Shown here one piece after another: positions 1-14,153 of a stretch of DNA of 64,000 nucleotides. How positions within the stretch are numbered: position 1 is the first letter of the stretch; every line of letters begins with the position of its first letter. The DNA lies in contig OX597822.1 in assembly GCA_951406725.2 (NCBI GenBank), positions 108,686,001 to 108,750,000 on the forward strand, in the 5' to 3' direction. The DNA is from Octopus vulgaris. Taxonomy: Eukaryota. The notes under the pieces were generated by a model, which saw only the letters and a program-made list of their open reading frames with translations, had not been told where the DNA came from and ran no database searches. Position numbers and translations under genes: made by a program.

Positions 1-30
1 TATAATATATATATATATACATATATATAT

Positions 31-144
31 CACGTGATCACGTGACCGACCAAACCATCAGATGCAGCTACACATCGCTGGTCACAATGCGTTTGCATTG
101 TTTTAGCCTTCGAATGACGCCACCCCGCTGGCTAAGCGAGCAGG

Positions 145-148
<4 letters not shown>
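31..148 (-). mobile_element. Internal/3' fragment of an Octopus SINE-type repeat between (TA)n tracts
   Basis: GC-rich island (cacgtgatcacgtgaccgacc...gctggctaagcgagcaggccaa) embedded in TA repeats. Family and strand come from recollection of Octopus repeats only. Confidence 0.4.
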
Positions 149-215
<67 letters not shown>

Positions 216-418
216 AAGTAGATAAATGAATTATCTTATTACGGATAATTCAAATGATAACCGATACCTGGGTAGCAAAAATCACAACAGAAAAGGCACG
301 GTTGAGGTTACGACCATGGGGCCTAAAATCCGTGCCTTTGTGCGGAAAATTGAAGTTTATATATTTAGTGTAGGAAGAAATGGAGCTGAACGAAGATTTA
401 ACAAAATTCCTTTTTATT

Positions 419-504
419 ATTTACTACTTATGTTTCAAAGGCTGCAAAGTCTCTAATTCGGATTTAATAAGGAGTCCATTTTGCAGCCTTCTCTTCAGGA
501 AAAT
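419..504 (-). ncRNA. Type I hammerhead ribozyme (left arm)
   Basis: Minus strand reads attttc-CTGAAGA-gaaggctgcaaa...tttgcagccttt-GAAA-cataag-TA-gtaaat. The core is intact and stem II is long; stems I and III each carry one mismatch. Confidence 0.75.
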
Positions 505-742
505 CCAGGAACTTAATTCTCCAACAAAATGCACAGCAAGCTTTTCAACAAACGCTCACGAGGAGCCCATGGAATAAATGGCACAAACTGTCTATCTATA
601 TGCCTTGACGCCAGGCTGGGTGAAAGCAGACGAGAAGGTCCGTTGAGATAGATAGACAGTTTGTGCCATTTATTCCATGGGCTCCTCGTGAGCGTTTGTT
701 GAAAAGCTTGCTGTGCATTTTGTTGGAGAATTAAGTTTCTAG

Positions 743-826
743 ATTTTCCTGAGAAAGGCTGCAAAATGGACTCCTTATTAAATCCGAATTAGGGACTTTG
801 CAGCCTTTGAAACATATGTAGAAAAT
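743..826 (+). ncRNA. Type I hammerhead ribozyme (right arm, 1-nt core deletion)
   Basis: attttc-CTGA(-)GA-aaggctgcaaa...tttgcagccttt-GAAA-catatg-TA-gaaaat. Stem I is attttc/gaaaat, stem III is the palindrome ACATATGT, and the cleavage triplet is GUA. Confidence 0.75.
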
Positions 827-866
827 AATAAACAGGAATTTTGTTAAATCTTCGTTCCTACACTAT

Positions 867-1229
<363 letters not shown>

Positions 1230-3974
1230 CATGCGTTCATGCATACATAAATATATGTATGTATATACGCATTGTTATATATCTACAACATGTAATATAT
1301 ATATATATATAGAATATATGATAGGTATCCATCTATGTTCGTAATTTATAAATACAAACATATATCATAATCTAAACGGAAACTATTGCTTCATAAAACT
1401 TTACATGTTATACATTATAGAGATTAAGTTTGCCGATAAAGTATCAAAGGGTTGTAATATAATCCAGTTTCAAAGAGAACAAATATCTACATTTGATAAA
1501 GGAAAAAATCGTAAGAATTAATATAAATGTTTACAATTGCACCAAGCTTATTCCTTCGATTCCGTACTGGATATCATTAGACAAAGCGAAAGTGTTATTT
1601 TAGAGAAGGAATTATGTTTTATATTAGTGTTCAAAATAGTTTATTTTTCTTTGTGAAAGAAAATATTAAAAGGCAGTAATATAGTCCACAGCGTTATATT
1701 GTTTTTCTTAAAGGAAATGGGGGAAAAAATCAATAATGGATAAACATTGGTAATGTTGAATAAGAATCCCATATATTTAGTAACGATAAACACTAAATAT
1801 CTACTTTACTGTGTTTAGATACAGGAAATCCGGTGCCTTTCGCATCAAAGCTAATGTTGGTTTTATTTTTAGAACTTGCTTATATTAATATCCTTCCAAG
1901 CAAGACAAGAGAAATGAAGCATTCTTTTGTTGAATTATTTCAAGGAAAAAAAGCAGATGTGAGATTCTTCAAGAAAAAACAAAACAAAACAAAGACAAAA
2001 AACAGACTAATGCAGAAATCCTTTAGAAATGGAGAAATAAATTCGTCTACAAACGGATATCATTATGAAGACATAGAGACATTGACGGAAATTGTGGAGA
2101 GAGAAAAGTAAAGTGCGTTTATAGAAGCAAAATAATCCCTTTAAGTCTCTTTTCTTTTCTTAAATTCAGTGAGTTATAATTATTGCATCGGAATGGTGTA
2201 AGAGTATTTGTCTTATACTAAAGGATAATCAAGAGTTCAATACTCAAATTTTGCTATTTCTTCCTGTACTTGAAACTGTTTACCTATAATCTCAAGTCTA
2301 TTTTCGACTGTTTTCTGGTTTTAAATAACTTTACTAGATTTCGTGGCACAAATAAATCTCTAAATCAATATTCATATTTATATTTTCAACGTGCTTTGTC
2401 TAACACCGGTCAATTGAGTTTGTTAATGTGTGTTTTACCATAGAAATTTCAATGAGTCGTAGTCTATTGAAATTTGAACCTGATATGATGTGATACAAAC
2501 CGATATATTTCAACAAACAGGCATACAGCAATTGACTCATCTTCAGGCACTTGTAGTAGATACATTACAGGGTGATATATAATATTTTATTATGGAGTTA
2601 CATGAATCTGGAAGAGATTAAGGGACACAGAAAACACCATCGTTAACAAAATAAAAAAAAAACCATTAACTGAATCAATCTGCACATGATCTTTTAGAAT
2701 GATTTCTGAAAATATGAAATATATTTGAATATTTCAAAATATGGCTTTAATTGTGAAAGACTCATGGTTCATTTTGTCTGGGATGAGTGTTTAACCTGTC
2801 ACTATCACGTCTCATTTTCTTAGGTGATACGCATTCGCCTCGTGTATATGTTTCACTTCTCTCTATCATACAAGACAACGATGTAGTGTTGTAGACCATA
2901 AACATTAGCTCGTCCTGTGCAATTAAAAAAACGTAAAACAAAACAAAAAAGACACCGAATCCTTGAAATCTCCTTTTCAGCCTCAGAGCTGTTAAATCTG
3001 AGAACTAACGATTTGACTTACTACTACTCGGTGCTGGAAAACGACTAGCGATTGCTATTTTATTAAAGTATAACACTTACTTGTATCTCCTTCTTCATAA
3101 TTAGGTTTCAATTTGTTTTTCTTCGGAGCAGAAGATTTTAGGTTGGTCTTAGCTTTATAGCCACATGTAACATCTACACCTTCAGCCATACAACTTCACT
3201 CTGAATGATACTCTCCTTCTTTATTACAATTCAGAAATGGGCTAAATAGCCTGTTTTCTGGATTCGTTACGACAGAGAGACATATGGAGACTGTCATACG
3301 ATTACCTTCGGATCTCAGGTAACTACTGTGTGCTCAGAACGTCGCTGAGTTTTTGTTTTACGGTAACGAGTAATGAAAGGTAACTTCTGTGCCAAAATTT
3401 CTGCCAGCCACTATATTATCTGAAATCTAACAGTGTACGTTTTACATGTTTCATCTGCTGCCAGAATTAAATCCTCCAGAAGCTGAAAGAATTCATGCAG
3501 AATGTTTCTATTGCTTATTGCTGTTTACCCCGAATTGGTTGTCTTTAACTGGAGTGATGTTTAGGGAGCTATAACTACAAACTGCCCGTATTTATTTCGT
3601 GCCTGAAAAACATCCAGATTTGGGCTTTCAGTTGATCATCGACGTTGCTTTTACTATTCACTTGTACGTCAACACCATTATCTAGCATTCCCTCTCCACT
3701 GAACTATAATACCATCAGCGTTACTCCACCGGTAGCATTTCAGATAACTAGAAGAACATTTAAGTCTTCTCAAAACAGAAAATGATCTGTGAGAATATAT
3801 ACCAATAACTGTTATTAAAATATTGATTATATATCCGCCAGACACTTCTGTCTGAGACTACACAATGGGTATCAGCAGCTGGATATTCCCAACTGAATTA
3901 CGCCCAAAAAATTGGTCTTCTGATTATAATACAGACCAATTATATATTTCTATGTATAAGCTGACATGCAAACA

Positions 3975-4092
3975 AATATACACACATATAGAGGCACATG
4001 TACACACACACACACATCTACCTATATACACAAAAACGTAGACGCACTCACATACATATAAATAAATATATATATATACATATATATGTATA

Positions 4093-4182
<90 letters not shown>

Positions 4183-4188
4183 TATACA

Positions 4189-4231
<43 letters not shown>

Positions 4232-4306
4232 GCATATACACATATATATATATATACATGCATATACACACACACGCACGCACACACATATACGTGTATG
4301 TATGTA
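3975..4306. repeat. Compound (TA)n/(CA)n microsatellite
   Basis: Directly visible; explains the YIYI ORFs. Confidence 0.95.
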
Positions 4307-5389
4307 TTTCCTTCTTTGTGCATGAGTAACCATAAGGCTTTGTTTCATAAGATTGTGTCAGACGCATTCAAGAAGGAAAAACAATCGATTAATAACGGGT
4401 CGTATGTCATAGGGTACAGGGGCCAAATTTGAAAAAAAAATCAATATGAACAAGATTATTAGGAAAAGCCATTGCAAAAACAATAAACGAAAGAGTAAGT
4501 GTCCTGAAAGAGATATGGAAACCAGTTTTGCTTTCGTCGTTCTATTTCTCATCTTAGATTTATTTGTCTGCCTCAGCTGTTATTACAGACATTGCTGCCG
4601 GCAAAACATGCACCTTTGGAAACAAGCACATGGTTACTGTAATTTATTTTTCGAAATTTTTAAAAACAAAACTTTAGATTAATTTTTCCATTATCGATTT
4701 AGAATATTGGAAAGCATGTGTTTACATCAGCTGATCTTTTTATCGAGAAAAGATAACAAAGCTATTTAATTTTCAATCCGTTTTAATCTGTTTTCAAACT
4801 AGCCATTGACGACTGTGTAAACAATAGTTGCAAAAGTTCTCTTTTATTTTCAACTATATACTTAACTCTATTGTTATTGCAGCTGAGATATATCTTTTCT
4901 GTTCACAAAATGCCCTGTTACGTCAGATTGTTTGGACAAATGTTTTAAGACGTTCTTAGAAACAATCCTGTGCCTACTTAATATTCATATTCTTTTGTCA
5001 CAATAGGTTTCAAATCCTATCAAGACTGAATTAGTCTTCTATCATTCAGGGCTCTATAAAGTAACGTATCGAGCATGGACTAAGTCTAATTGAATGAATA
5101 TTATTTCCGCCTAATATAATATAACCGTATACAAAAGTTATGAATCAAATTTTACAAAATGGCATCAATACAAAAGAATAAAATATATCATGTAATTTGA
5201 ATTAAAAGTATTCACCCAATCATCCTACATAAGGGAATCGCAATGGGAGTAAATGGGAAGCTCATGTCAATCTCCCAAATGTTTGTTGTAAATGATTAAA
5301 CTAAGCAAAATATGGAAACTGGTTTAATGTATGTATGTATTCATGTAAGTATCTATCTATCTATCTATCTATATATCTATCTATCTATC

Positions 5390-5555
5390 GGTGTTTTTAC
5401 CACATCGTAATCTACCGGTTCGGCAAAAGACTAAGATTACGGCAGGGTTTACCAAACCCCTCTCCTGCCGGAACCTTCTGGAGCTTTAAGTGTTTTCGGT
5501 CAAGAAACACTCACAACGCCCGGTCTAGGAATCGAAATCGCGATCTTATGACCAA
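5390..5555 (-). mobile_element. Deleted tRNA-SINE fragment
   Basis: Matches 25750-25840 (cctgccgga...aaacactcacaacgcccggtct.gaatcgaa) and contains the ggttcggcaaaagac motif shared with the 46001-type SINE. Confidence 0.6.
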
Positions 5556-6624
5556 AAATGATATTGATAAATGGATGAATGAAACTTAATGACTGCGTAT
5601 TAAAATAAACATAATGTACAATTCAGCCGATTTTAATATAACCGTATTTACGTTCCTAACTATTTACCTCAATAGATTTATATATATCAATCCGTTGTTG
5701 TACATAGTCAGTTGTATCTACCAATCTGCCTCCATATCTGTTCCTTTTATCAAATACACATGATTTAATTTTCAATACTTGAGCACCATGTATCTTCGCT
5801 TTCAGTCTTGTTGAATCGTTTTGTCATTTGATTTTCTTCTTCCCTGCTATTGCTTTCAAGTCATCCGTTACCTATGACATCATATTCTTCCTATTGTTTC
5901 ACGTCATCGATTTCGCTTCATAGTGGGATCTATTTAAATGAGAAATACGAAAACTGCGGAATATGCATTTGAAGTTAGGATTAAAAACGCCGGTTACAAA
6001 ACAAAAGATACAGGTGTTTAGAAAGATAATAAGACGCAAAACTGTATTGCCCTTGCTGTCTCTTCAGCATGATTTAAAAGAAAAATATTTCTAACACTAA
6101 AGGATGTCTTTTAAAGCAGAATGTACTTTCAAAAACTGTTTGTGATATTTGAACCTACATTGTATAATATTTAGTCCATGGTATTTGCAAACATATTTAG
6201 GTATATTTCGCATATTGTTTAAAAGCGTAGACATCCATATTTAAATGTTCTGCCAAATCACCAAAGTATAGGCTTCTACAACATTTTAATTACTTATTTT
6301 CAGAAATTTCTTCACATTCTCCCTTTATATTCTTGAGTGTCGCTAAAAAAGAATATACTATTTTACCTCTTTGATTAATATACGTAATGTAATTAATTCA
6401 GAATATGGTCAAATGCAGCATTCAGTACAACCTAACTAACTGAATTATCTAAATCCATGTCATTTTCCCATTTCATTTCTTTTCTTGCAGTTCATTTTAT
6501 GGTAGAATTTGACGGTAAATTTTATACGTCTCCAATGGTTCTCCCGCTGTGTTGGCATATCCCTGAGAAGTGTTAGTCTCTCATTCTCTAACATAAATTC
6601 CGTATAATATTACTCGTTTAATAT

Positions 6625-7001
6625 TTTAGTTTTTATTTGTTTCAGTCATTTGACTGCAGCCATTCTGGAGCACCACTTTTAGTCGAACAAATCGACGCCA
6701 GGACCTATTCTTTGTAAACCTAGTACTTATTTTATCGGTATGTTTTACCGAACCGCTAAGTTACGTGGACGTAAACACAACATTGGTTATCAAGGGATGG
6801 GGGTGGGTCAAACACAGACACATACATTTAAACACACGACGTTGATTCTTTCAGTTTCTGTCTACCAAATCCACTCACAAGGTTTTAATCGCCCCGAGGC
6901 TATAGTAGAAGACACTTGCCCAATATGCTATGCAGTGGAACTGGACCCGGAACCATGTGGTTGGTAAGCAAACGACTTACCATACATCCACTTCTGCACA
7001 T
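6625..7001 (-). mobile_element. Octopus tRNA-derived SINE (46001-type family)
   Basis: Reverse-complement match to the copies at 42009-42380 and 46001-46400 (gtctaccaaatccactcacaagg, gtttcagtcatttgactgc). Confidence 0.9.
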
Positions 7002-8364
7002 TTGCTAACATCTATTTTCTCTAGCTATTTCACAATTATATCAAATTCCTGTAGACCCCTTAAAATGAAGACTTTTCTTTTCTCTACGTCTGACAAATCA
7101 ATGTCATTATGGTTAACTTTTCCTTTTCCTCCTTCAAATAATCTTTCGTTGATTAAATGATGCTATTGCATTACATGCATGTGTTACGCTGGAATGCAAA
7201 AAAATGATGCAAACCCAACAGCTGAATAATGCATATATTTTAGCTTTACATTTGGCTGTGCTTCCGCTACTACGACTAGGGTTAACAACCAGTAATCCTA
7301 ACCAAATAGACATTCGGGCATTACCAGTTTCAGATAAACTCCACAGCCTGGAAGAGCCTATAACAAATGCTCACACGTGATAACACCATACTAAATATTC
7401 TCCACTCAATTCGAAGGAGTGTTGATTTGTGAAACTTGATCGAACAGCTGAAGTCTCTTGAAAATGGCCGCGGTTGCCATAAGGATCAATGCGCCGAATT
7501 TCTTTCGCGGGTAGGGAGGAGAAGCTTGTCACTTTTAATATTATTACAGAAATGGATGTTCAGAAGTGCACGCAAGAAGCACATATAGCCGAAATTCATA
7601 CCCCTGCTCTTAATTAGGGTCTATACCCAGAAAATCGACACCTAAGAGAGCTATCTTACCATTGACGCTGAGGGGAAGTTGGTATTAAGTCAATTCCTGG
7701 TTGCATCATGAATTATATTTGCTGAAGATGCAATGGATGATACATATACTCACCATACACAGCCAAGTTAAAATAAAATGAAAACCATTTCCACACACAG
7801 GCAAATAAAACAAAAAAAAAACATTCTCTGATGTAAATGCAACAATGTAAAGTTTGAAACAAAGACTTGGTACCCTTGAGGCAGGATTCAGAGCTACTTC
7901 ACCTCGCAGGAAAGGAAACGTTGTTGTAGAGCAAAAAATATCGACATGCAATTATATCGTTTCTTGACCTCAGAGTACAGTGGCCTGTCAACATAACGAA
8001 GTCAGTCGTGAGGCGGTATTCAGAATATAAACATTGAAATGACGGGTATGAAAGATTCTCATGCCACTTGTTTCCTTGAAATTACAGTGAAACAGTACTT
8101 AGCACAATAGAATTCTCGTTGAGATCAAATATCCAGTGAGGCAATTGTTCTTGAATGCATGAACAAAATATCTCTTCTCGTCTATAATTTCATTTGTCAG
8201 CGATTCCTATAAAGAGCATAACAGAAGAATAAAAATATAACTGACAGTGATTATAAGGAAGAGAACAAAAGCTATGGACATTATACTCGCTCTTCTATCT
8301 CTAATTCTTTCTCTCCCACAATCTCGTCATTTTCTTTTTTATACATATTTTGTCATGCAATTCA

Positions 8365-8575
8365 TACATTCATATATAAATATATATATGCATGCATACA
8401 TACATACACACATACACACATTCATATATAAATATGTATACATACATGCATACGTACATACATGCATACATACATACATTCATATATAAATATATATATA
8501 TATGCATGCATACATAAATACACACATCCATATATAAATATATATATGCATGCATACATACATACATACATAAAT

Positions 8576-8606
<31 letters not shown>

Positions 8607-8815
8607 CATAGATAGATATACATACACACACTTATATATGTATGTATATACTTATTTAAGCATGCATGCAATCACCCATGCTTTCAGGTATGTATGTATG
8701 TATGCATGCATGTATGTACTATATGTGTGTGTGTGTATGTATGTATGTATGTATGTATGTATGTATGTATGTATGTATGTATGTATGTATACATGTATAT
8801 ATGAATATGTATGTG
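8365..8815. repeat. (TACA)n/(TATG)n compound microsatellite
   Basis: Directly visible. Confidence 0.9.
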
Positions 8816-10334
8816 ACTAGAGATGGTGAAAAAGTGAGAGAGGTTTTCTGAATGATATTTATAGAGAAATATACAGCTCTCCAATTAGAAACTGATATAA
8901 ATCACTACTCACACAAATATTCACGCACATACTTCGTTGCATGCATTTACGCTTGCACAATCAAACACGTACACAAGTACACTGACACCCGCTAACAAAT
9001 ATTTATTTACGCAGTACAGAAATATTTATAATGAGATCTTCAATTCATTACCATATTTGCGTGTGTGCTACAATTCCGCTTTGTTTTGTAAGAGGAATTA
9101 TGCATAGTCTAAAGTTATTAAGACGGCTAATGAACAAACATAATCAGACATGCATTCGCCTCATTAAATAAAATCAATAGATGCTGAAAGAAAACTTGAA
9201 GAATTTCTTCAAAACAAAATAAACCAGAACATGCAAGACGACAAATAAGTAAAAATACAAAATAAAAAATAAACGATAAAATGATGAGATATATCCAATA
9301 TTAATTCAGAACTGAGTAAATGGCAATTTCTAATGCTGCCATTACCGCATCAGCAGATCAGTTTGTTTTAAAATTTTCCGTCGTTAACAGTTTTTAGCAA
9401 AGAAGAAAGATGAAAGAATGCGCAAATGCTAATATTTTTTTTTTTCATTTACTAGTGTTGGTTTTACTGTGCTTTTGTTGCTATTTATCTCTGTTGTTTT
9501 TTTTTCTTTCTGGGAGGGTAGATTTGGTGAGATTCTCATAGCAAAACCAATTTCTGCTTCTTCCTGCAGGGCTTACGTTGCAATGCTTGCTTAATTAAAA
9601 GAAATATTGTCTCACTATAGCCTGCAGCTATCGTACTTTGCATTTACTGATCGAATGAAAAGGATGAAAGATATGAGCAAATAAACCAAGAGAGATATTT
9701 GCCCAACTTCACTATGTCTTACTTCAATATCAGCATGATTGTCTGTTCTTTAATATATTTAGTTATTAGCATTTTATAATTCATTAGAGTCATATCACGA
9801 TTAACGACGACAGAAATTTTTGACAGCATAGAAATTATCATATATATATATATATATATATAATTCCTAGTGAGCAGAAATCTGCATGAACAGAGAAAAT
9901 ATCTCCCTCCCTACCTTCATCAATCCATCCATGCATCCATCCTTCTCTCTAACTCTCTCACTCTCACACCTTCTCTCTCTTCTTCTTTCTCTCTCTCTCT
10001 CTCTTATATTCTCTCTGCTAATCTCTCTAAATATGTAAAAATGTACACACCCTCCCTCCCACAAAAAATACCACATCATTCTGATTTTTCACGTTCTATC
10101 ATCTGCAAGTTTTACAATTTTACAATATAGAAATAAACTAACAATCTCATGCGTTATGCAATCATGAGATTTATGGTGTGACAGTCGTCTTCCACAATTG
10201 ACCACAGTGGTGAAAGGTTAGATTTATCCCAACGTAACGCATAAATGTACTAGTTCATTACATATTATAAAATTGCCAAAATTGCTAATAATAAAACATA
10301 AAGATCAGCCTTCATTGGAGTTCCATTGATTTAT

Positions 10335-10366
<32 letters not shown>

Positions 10367-10884
10367 ATGTGTGTATGTACGTAATTATGTATATATATGT
10401 ATGTATATGAGGTCCATGGAGGGTAGAATGATAGGGCATTTCCAATGCTGCATTCAACCCCAATTTTAGCTCATCTGCCCTGTAGTATTCCAGACTGCTG
10501 TCGAAATTTCTCAGGTGTTGAAGATTCAGTTTTCCCAACGGTAGAAGCACAGAATATTGGCTCAGCGAAGAGTCAGATTTAATTATAATAAGGGGAAAAA
10601 GAATGACATTTGCGCATCTTTCATGATTAGTTATGATTATTTCTGCGTTGACTCTGACTTCAACGCCAGTTCACAGAAAATTTCCTATTGGAAATGTACG
10701 TAATATTTGCCGTTTTAATTATCGGTATGGCACGTCTTCTGACCTGCATCAAAGATGTGATCTCGCATTGTTCATCTGTCAGGCTTTGCGCTTTGCTTAT
10801 ATGCTGAGTAAATAAAGATCAGAATGCAAATAAACCGTGAAATTGGATAGGGCTAATACATTGCCTATGTTAAAGTAGATAAAT

Positions 10885-10949
10885 GTATGGTTAGGGGATG
10901 AAGAGGCAGTTGATGAGGAGAGAAAGGACACATGGTGATGAGGATGATA

Positions 10950-10981
<32 letters not shown>

Positions 10982-11200
10982 TGAATAAAAAAAGGAGAAT
11001 AAGAAGGGTGGGGAGGAGGTGGTGTAGGAGCAAGAAGAAGAAGAAGTAAGACAAGAAGTGGGAGTCCAGGAAAGAGAGCAGGGAGAAAATGAAAGGCGGA
11101 TGAAGGAGGATAAAGAAAAGGAGAAAGCAAAAGTGATGTGTTGCAAGGAAGAGGATAAGTAGGGAAGAAAATAGTAAGTGATCCCACCATCACCAGTATG
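10885..11200. repeat. Purine-rich low-complexity tract with (GAT)n
   Basis: Directly visible. Confidence 0.8.
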
Positions 11201-11469
11201 AAATAGCAATGTTCAAGTGATTAGAAATTTTGGTGTAGAACGGTAAATACCTGTTGACAAAATAGTAAAAAATGATAAAGAGAAAAGAAACGATGGCAGT
11301 AAAAGCAATACGAAAAACGATAACCTCAGTAAGAACAATAATAATAATAGGTAAATAATAAGAAAATACCAATACAATAATATTACTAATATTAAGAATA
11401 GTAATAATGGTAATTCTACTAATATCAAAGATAATCATACATCGCAAAATAAGCTGAGAGTTTTTCAAG

Positions 11470-11483
11470 TAATAATAATAATC

Positions 11484-11555
<72 letters not shown>

Positions 11556-11570
11556 GTGATGATAATAATT
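11470..11570. repeat. (AAT)n microsatellite
   Basis: Directly visible. Confidence 0.95.
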
Positions 11571-11573
11571 ATA

Positions 11574-12104
11574 AATGCCCAGACGTAGTACCAGGTAGTG
11601 GCACTTGTGGCTTCTGATCTTAACTGATTGGAAATGTCATCATGAACATTGTTTTGTCTTGGTATAAAAGATGGGCTACAGCAAATGTTCTGCTCAATAC
11701 CTCAGATTTGCTCGTCAGTTATTTGACATTAACCAGTCGACCATGTCCCTTAGTGGCTGACGATATGTGCATCTCTGATCACGTGCAGAAGTAGCGGGGG
11801 AGCATTAGAGCCGTGTGTTGAAAACATCTTTGGAAACATGAGTGGTTCGTTCATCATCCTTAAACAATCATTTTTAGCGACCTTTTGAGTGGGATGGGCA
11901 ACTCGACCAGAAGAAAATTCTAAATGGGCTCCACCTGCAAGGTCATGCGCTGTTTATATTGCTATGAGATCACCATTTCGCGCACACATGGTTGAGATAC
12001 AAGTGCCTGGTGTAACCCTATCAGACGGGTTGTCATGATGGTTATACTGGACTTCGTGTATTTTACCCTAGCGTCACTTTGATGGCATGCGCTGCTCTCT
12101 CACT
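11574..12104. mobile_element. Non-coding ~530-bp interspersed element inserted in (AAT)n
   Basis: Sharp GC-richer island with (AAT)n on both sides. It resembles a recalled abundant Octopus repeat. No ORF. Confidence 0.7.
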
Positions 12105-12480
<376 letters not shown>

Positions 12481-12519
12481 CTCTACAGAAAGCAAAACGC
12501 TTGAAATTAGTAGCAGATT

Positions 12520-12650
12520 AGTTGATTATATATACCCCAATCTTTATTTCGTACATATTTTACCTAGATAGTATTTGAATTCAAAACGTGAACACGAACG
12601 AATTGCCTCTAAGCATTTTGCCCGTCGTACTAAGGATTCTGACGTCCTCG
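12520..12650 (-). mobile_element. Degraded SINE fragment (13714-type)
   Basis: ctaagcattttgcccgtcgtactaaggattctg is the approximate reverse complement of the 13714 SINE head. Confidence 0.5.
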
Positions 12651-12689
12651 TCAAAACACGAAGAAACCGGTGGTGTGAAAAAGCGCTAA

Positions 12690-13460
12690 TGTTTCTTTGA
12701 ACAAAACAAACAGTTTAACTCCTGTCCTGAGAGGTTCTACCAAGAATTTGGCAAAAATAAAATACAGATTAATGCAGCACCAACAGCAGTTGTGAAAGAA
12801 TTTTAAAATGAAATATGATCGGAGAAGGACAACCTCAAAAGATCTATCGAAACAACAAAAGCAGCAACTAAAAAACGCCAGACACCTATTACAACTGAAG
12901 AGGTCATCTAAGCACTAAGAAAAGCTAAGCAACTGGAAGGCACTCGAACACGAAAACATCTTCAACTTCTGGTTAAAATATCGAACTGTTTAGCATGTCC
13001 GATAAAAGTGTCAGTGCCAAGCAGGAAAGGAGTGGAGAGAGCGTGTCGCCCTGGAATTTCGTCTTGTAAAGGCTTTGGTTTTTATGAGTCTCACTTTTGT
13101 CTGGAGCAGTAGCAGTGTCTGCCACTTATTAATAGAATGTTTTATATATTTTATAATTATGGGTGCTACTGTTTCTAGGATCAATTTGTAGAGAATACTA
13201 TGAAAAACCTTTCCATAGTCGATCCAAGCCATACTTAGACACGTCTACTTTCTTCGGCTGCCTTCAGGTGTGGCTTTATGGATCAGTTACTAATATGTGT
13301 CATCTTTATGAGCCCTTGCAGCATTCCATCCGCACTTGTGGAAACGGGTTGTTTTCTTCCAGATGTTTGCTCTTTCTCTGTGATACTATTGCTGTAAAGG
13401 CTTAGAAGTTGTAGTTATCGGTCTGTAAGTTTGTGGATTTTCCTATGGGATATTCATGAC
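12690..13460. pseudogene. R4/Dong-clade LINE RT relic with internal inversion
   Basis: Plus 12700-12985 encodes ...SNWKALEHENIFNFWLK (pre-RT region). Minus 13011-13460 encodes ENPQTYRPIT...KHLEENNPFP...LSMAWIDYGKVFHSI (RT motifs). Confidence 0.7.
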
Positions 13461-13713
13461 AGGGTTAGAGTTTCTCAGCATGCACGGAAATAACACGTTA
13501 TTGCAACTTCGCTTGCTGATCTACAACTTCGCTTGCTATTTTTATGTGACGTAAGCCATTCAAAACTTGTTCTTTTCTTAGAAACAATAGCACATCTTTC
13601 GTTTGAGTTGCCAACAAAGAACGACAATAATGTGAATGAGATGGGCTAAATTCTTTCACAACATATCAGTGCTAAAAGCACAACAGTGTTTACGGTAATA
13701 TTGTGTTTAGTAA

Positions 13714-13921
13714 AGGGCGGCGAGCTGGCAGAATCGTTAGCACACCGGGTGAAATGATAGCGGTATTTCCACTGCCGTTACGTTCTGATTTCAAATTCCG
13801 CCGAGATCGACTTTGCCAAGGTCGATTAGATAAGTACCAGTTACGCACTGGGGTCGATGTAATCGATTTAAACCCTTTGTCTGTCCCCTCTACGTTTAAC
13901 ACCCTGTGGGCAATAAACAAA
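13714..13921 (+). mobile_element. Octopus tRNA-SINE with 18-bp target-site duplication
   Basis: Head ggcggcgagctggcagaatcgttagc, B-box-like ttcaaattcc. TSD taatattgt(g/a)tttagtaa at 13696-13713 and 13922-13939. Confidence 0.9.
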
Positions 13922-13974
13922 TAATATTGTATTTAGTAAGGAATTATTAACTGTACTAAACTGCATCGAAGTAT

Positions 13975-14059
13975 GTATGTGCATATATATAAATACATAT
14001 GTATATATATATATGTGTGTATATATGTGCATATATATATACATACACATATATGTGTA

Positions 14060-14150
<91 letters not shown>
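13975..14150. repeat. (TA)n microsatellite
   Basis: Directly visible. Confidence 0.95.

Positions 14151-14153
<3 letters not shown>

Larger units (their letters stand above)
214..870. mobile_element. Head-to-head palindromic HHR-bearing element flanked by (TA)n
   Basis: Inverted arms ~361-599 and ~649-870 with a ~49-nt spacer; the left arm has a 14-nt insertion. (TA)n lies at 149-212 and 869-924. Each arm contains a hammerhead core. Confidence 0.85.

Noticed and set aside
226-764. Three short ORFs over the first palindrome
   Set aside because: No protein similarity recognised; the region is explained by the inverted HHR element.
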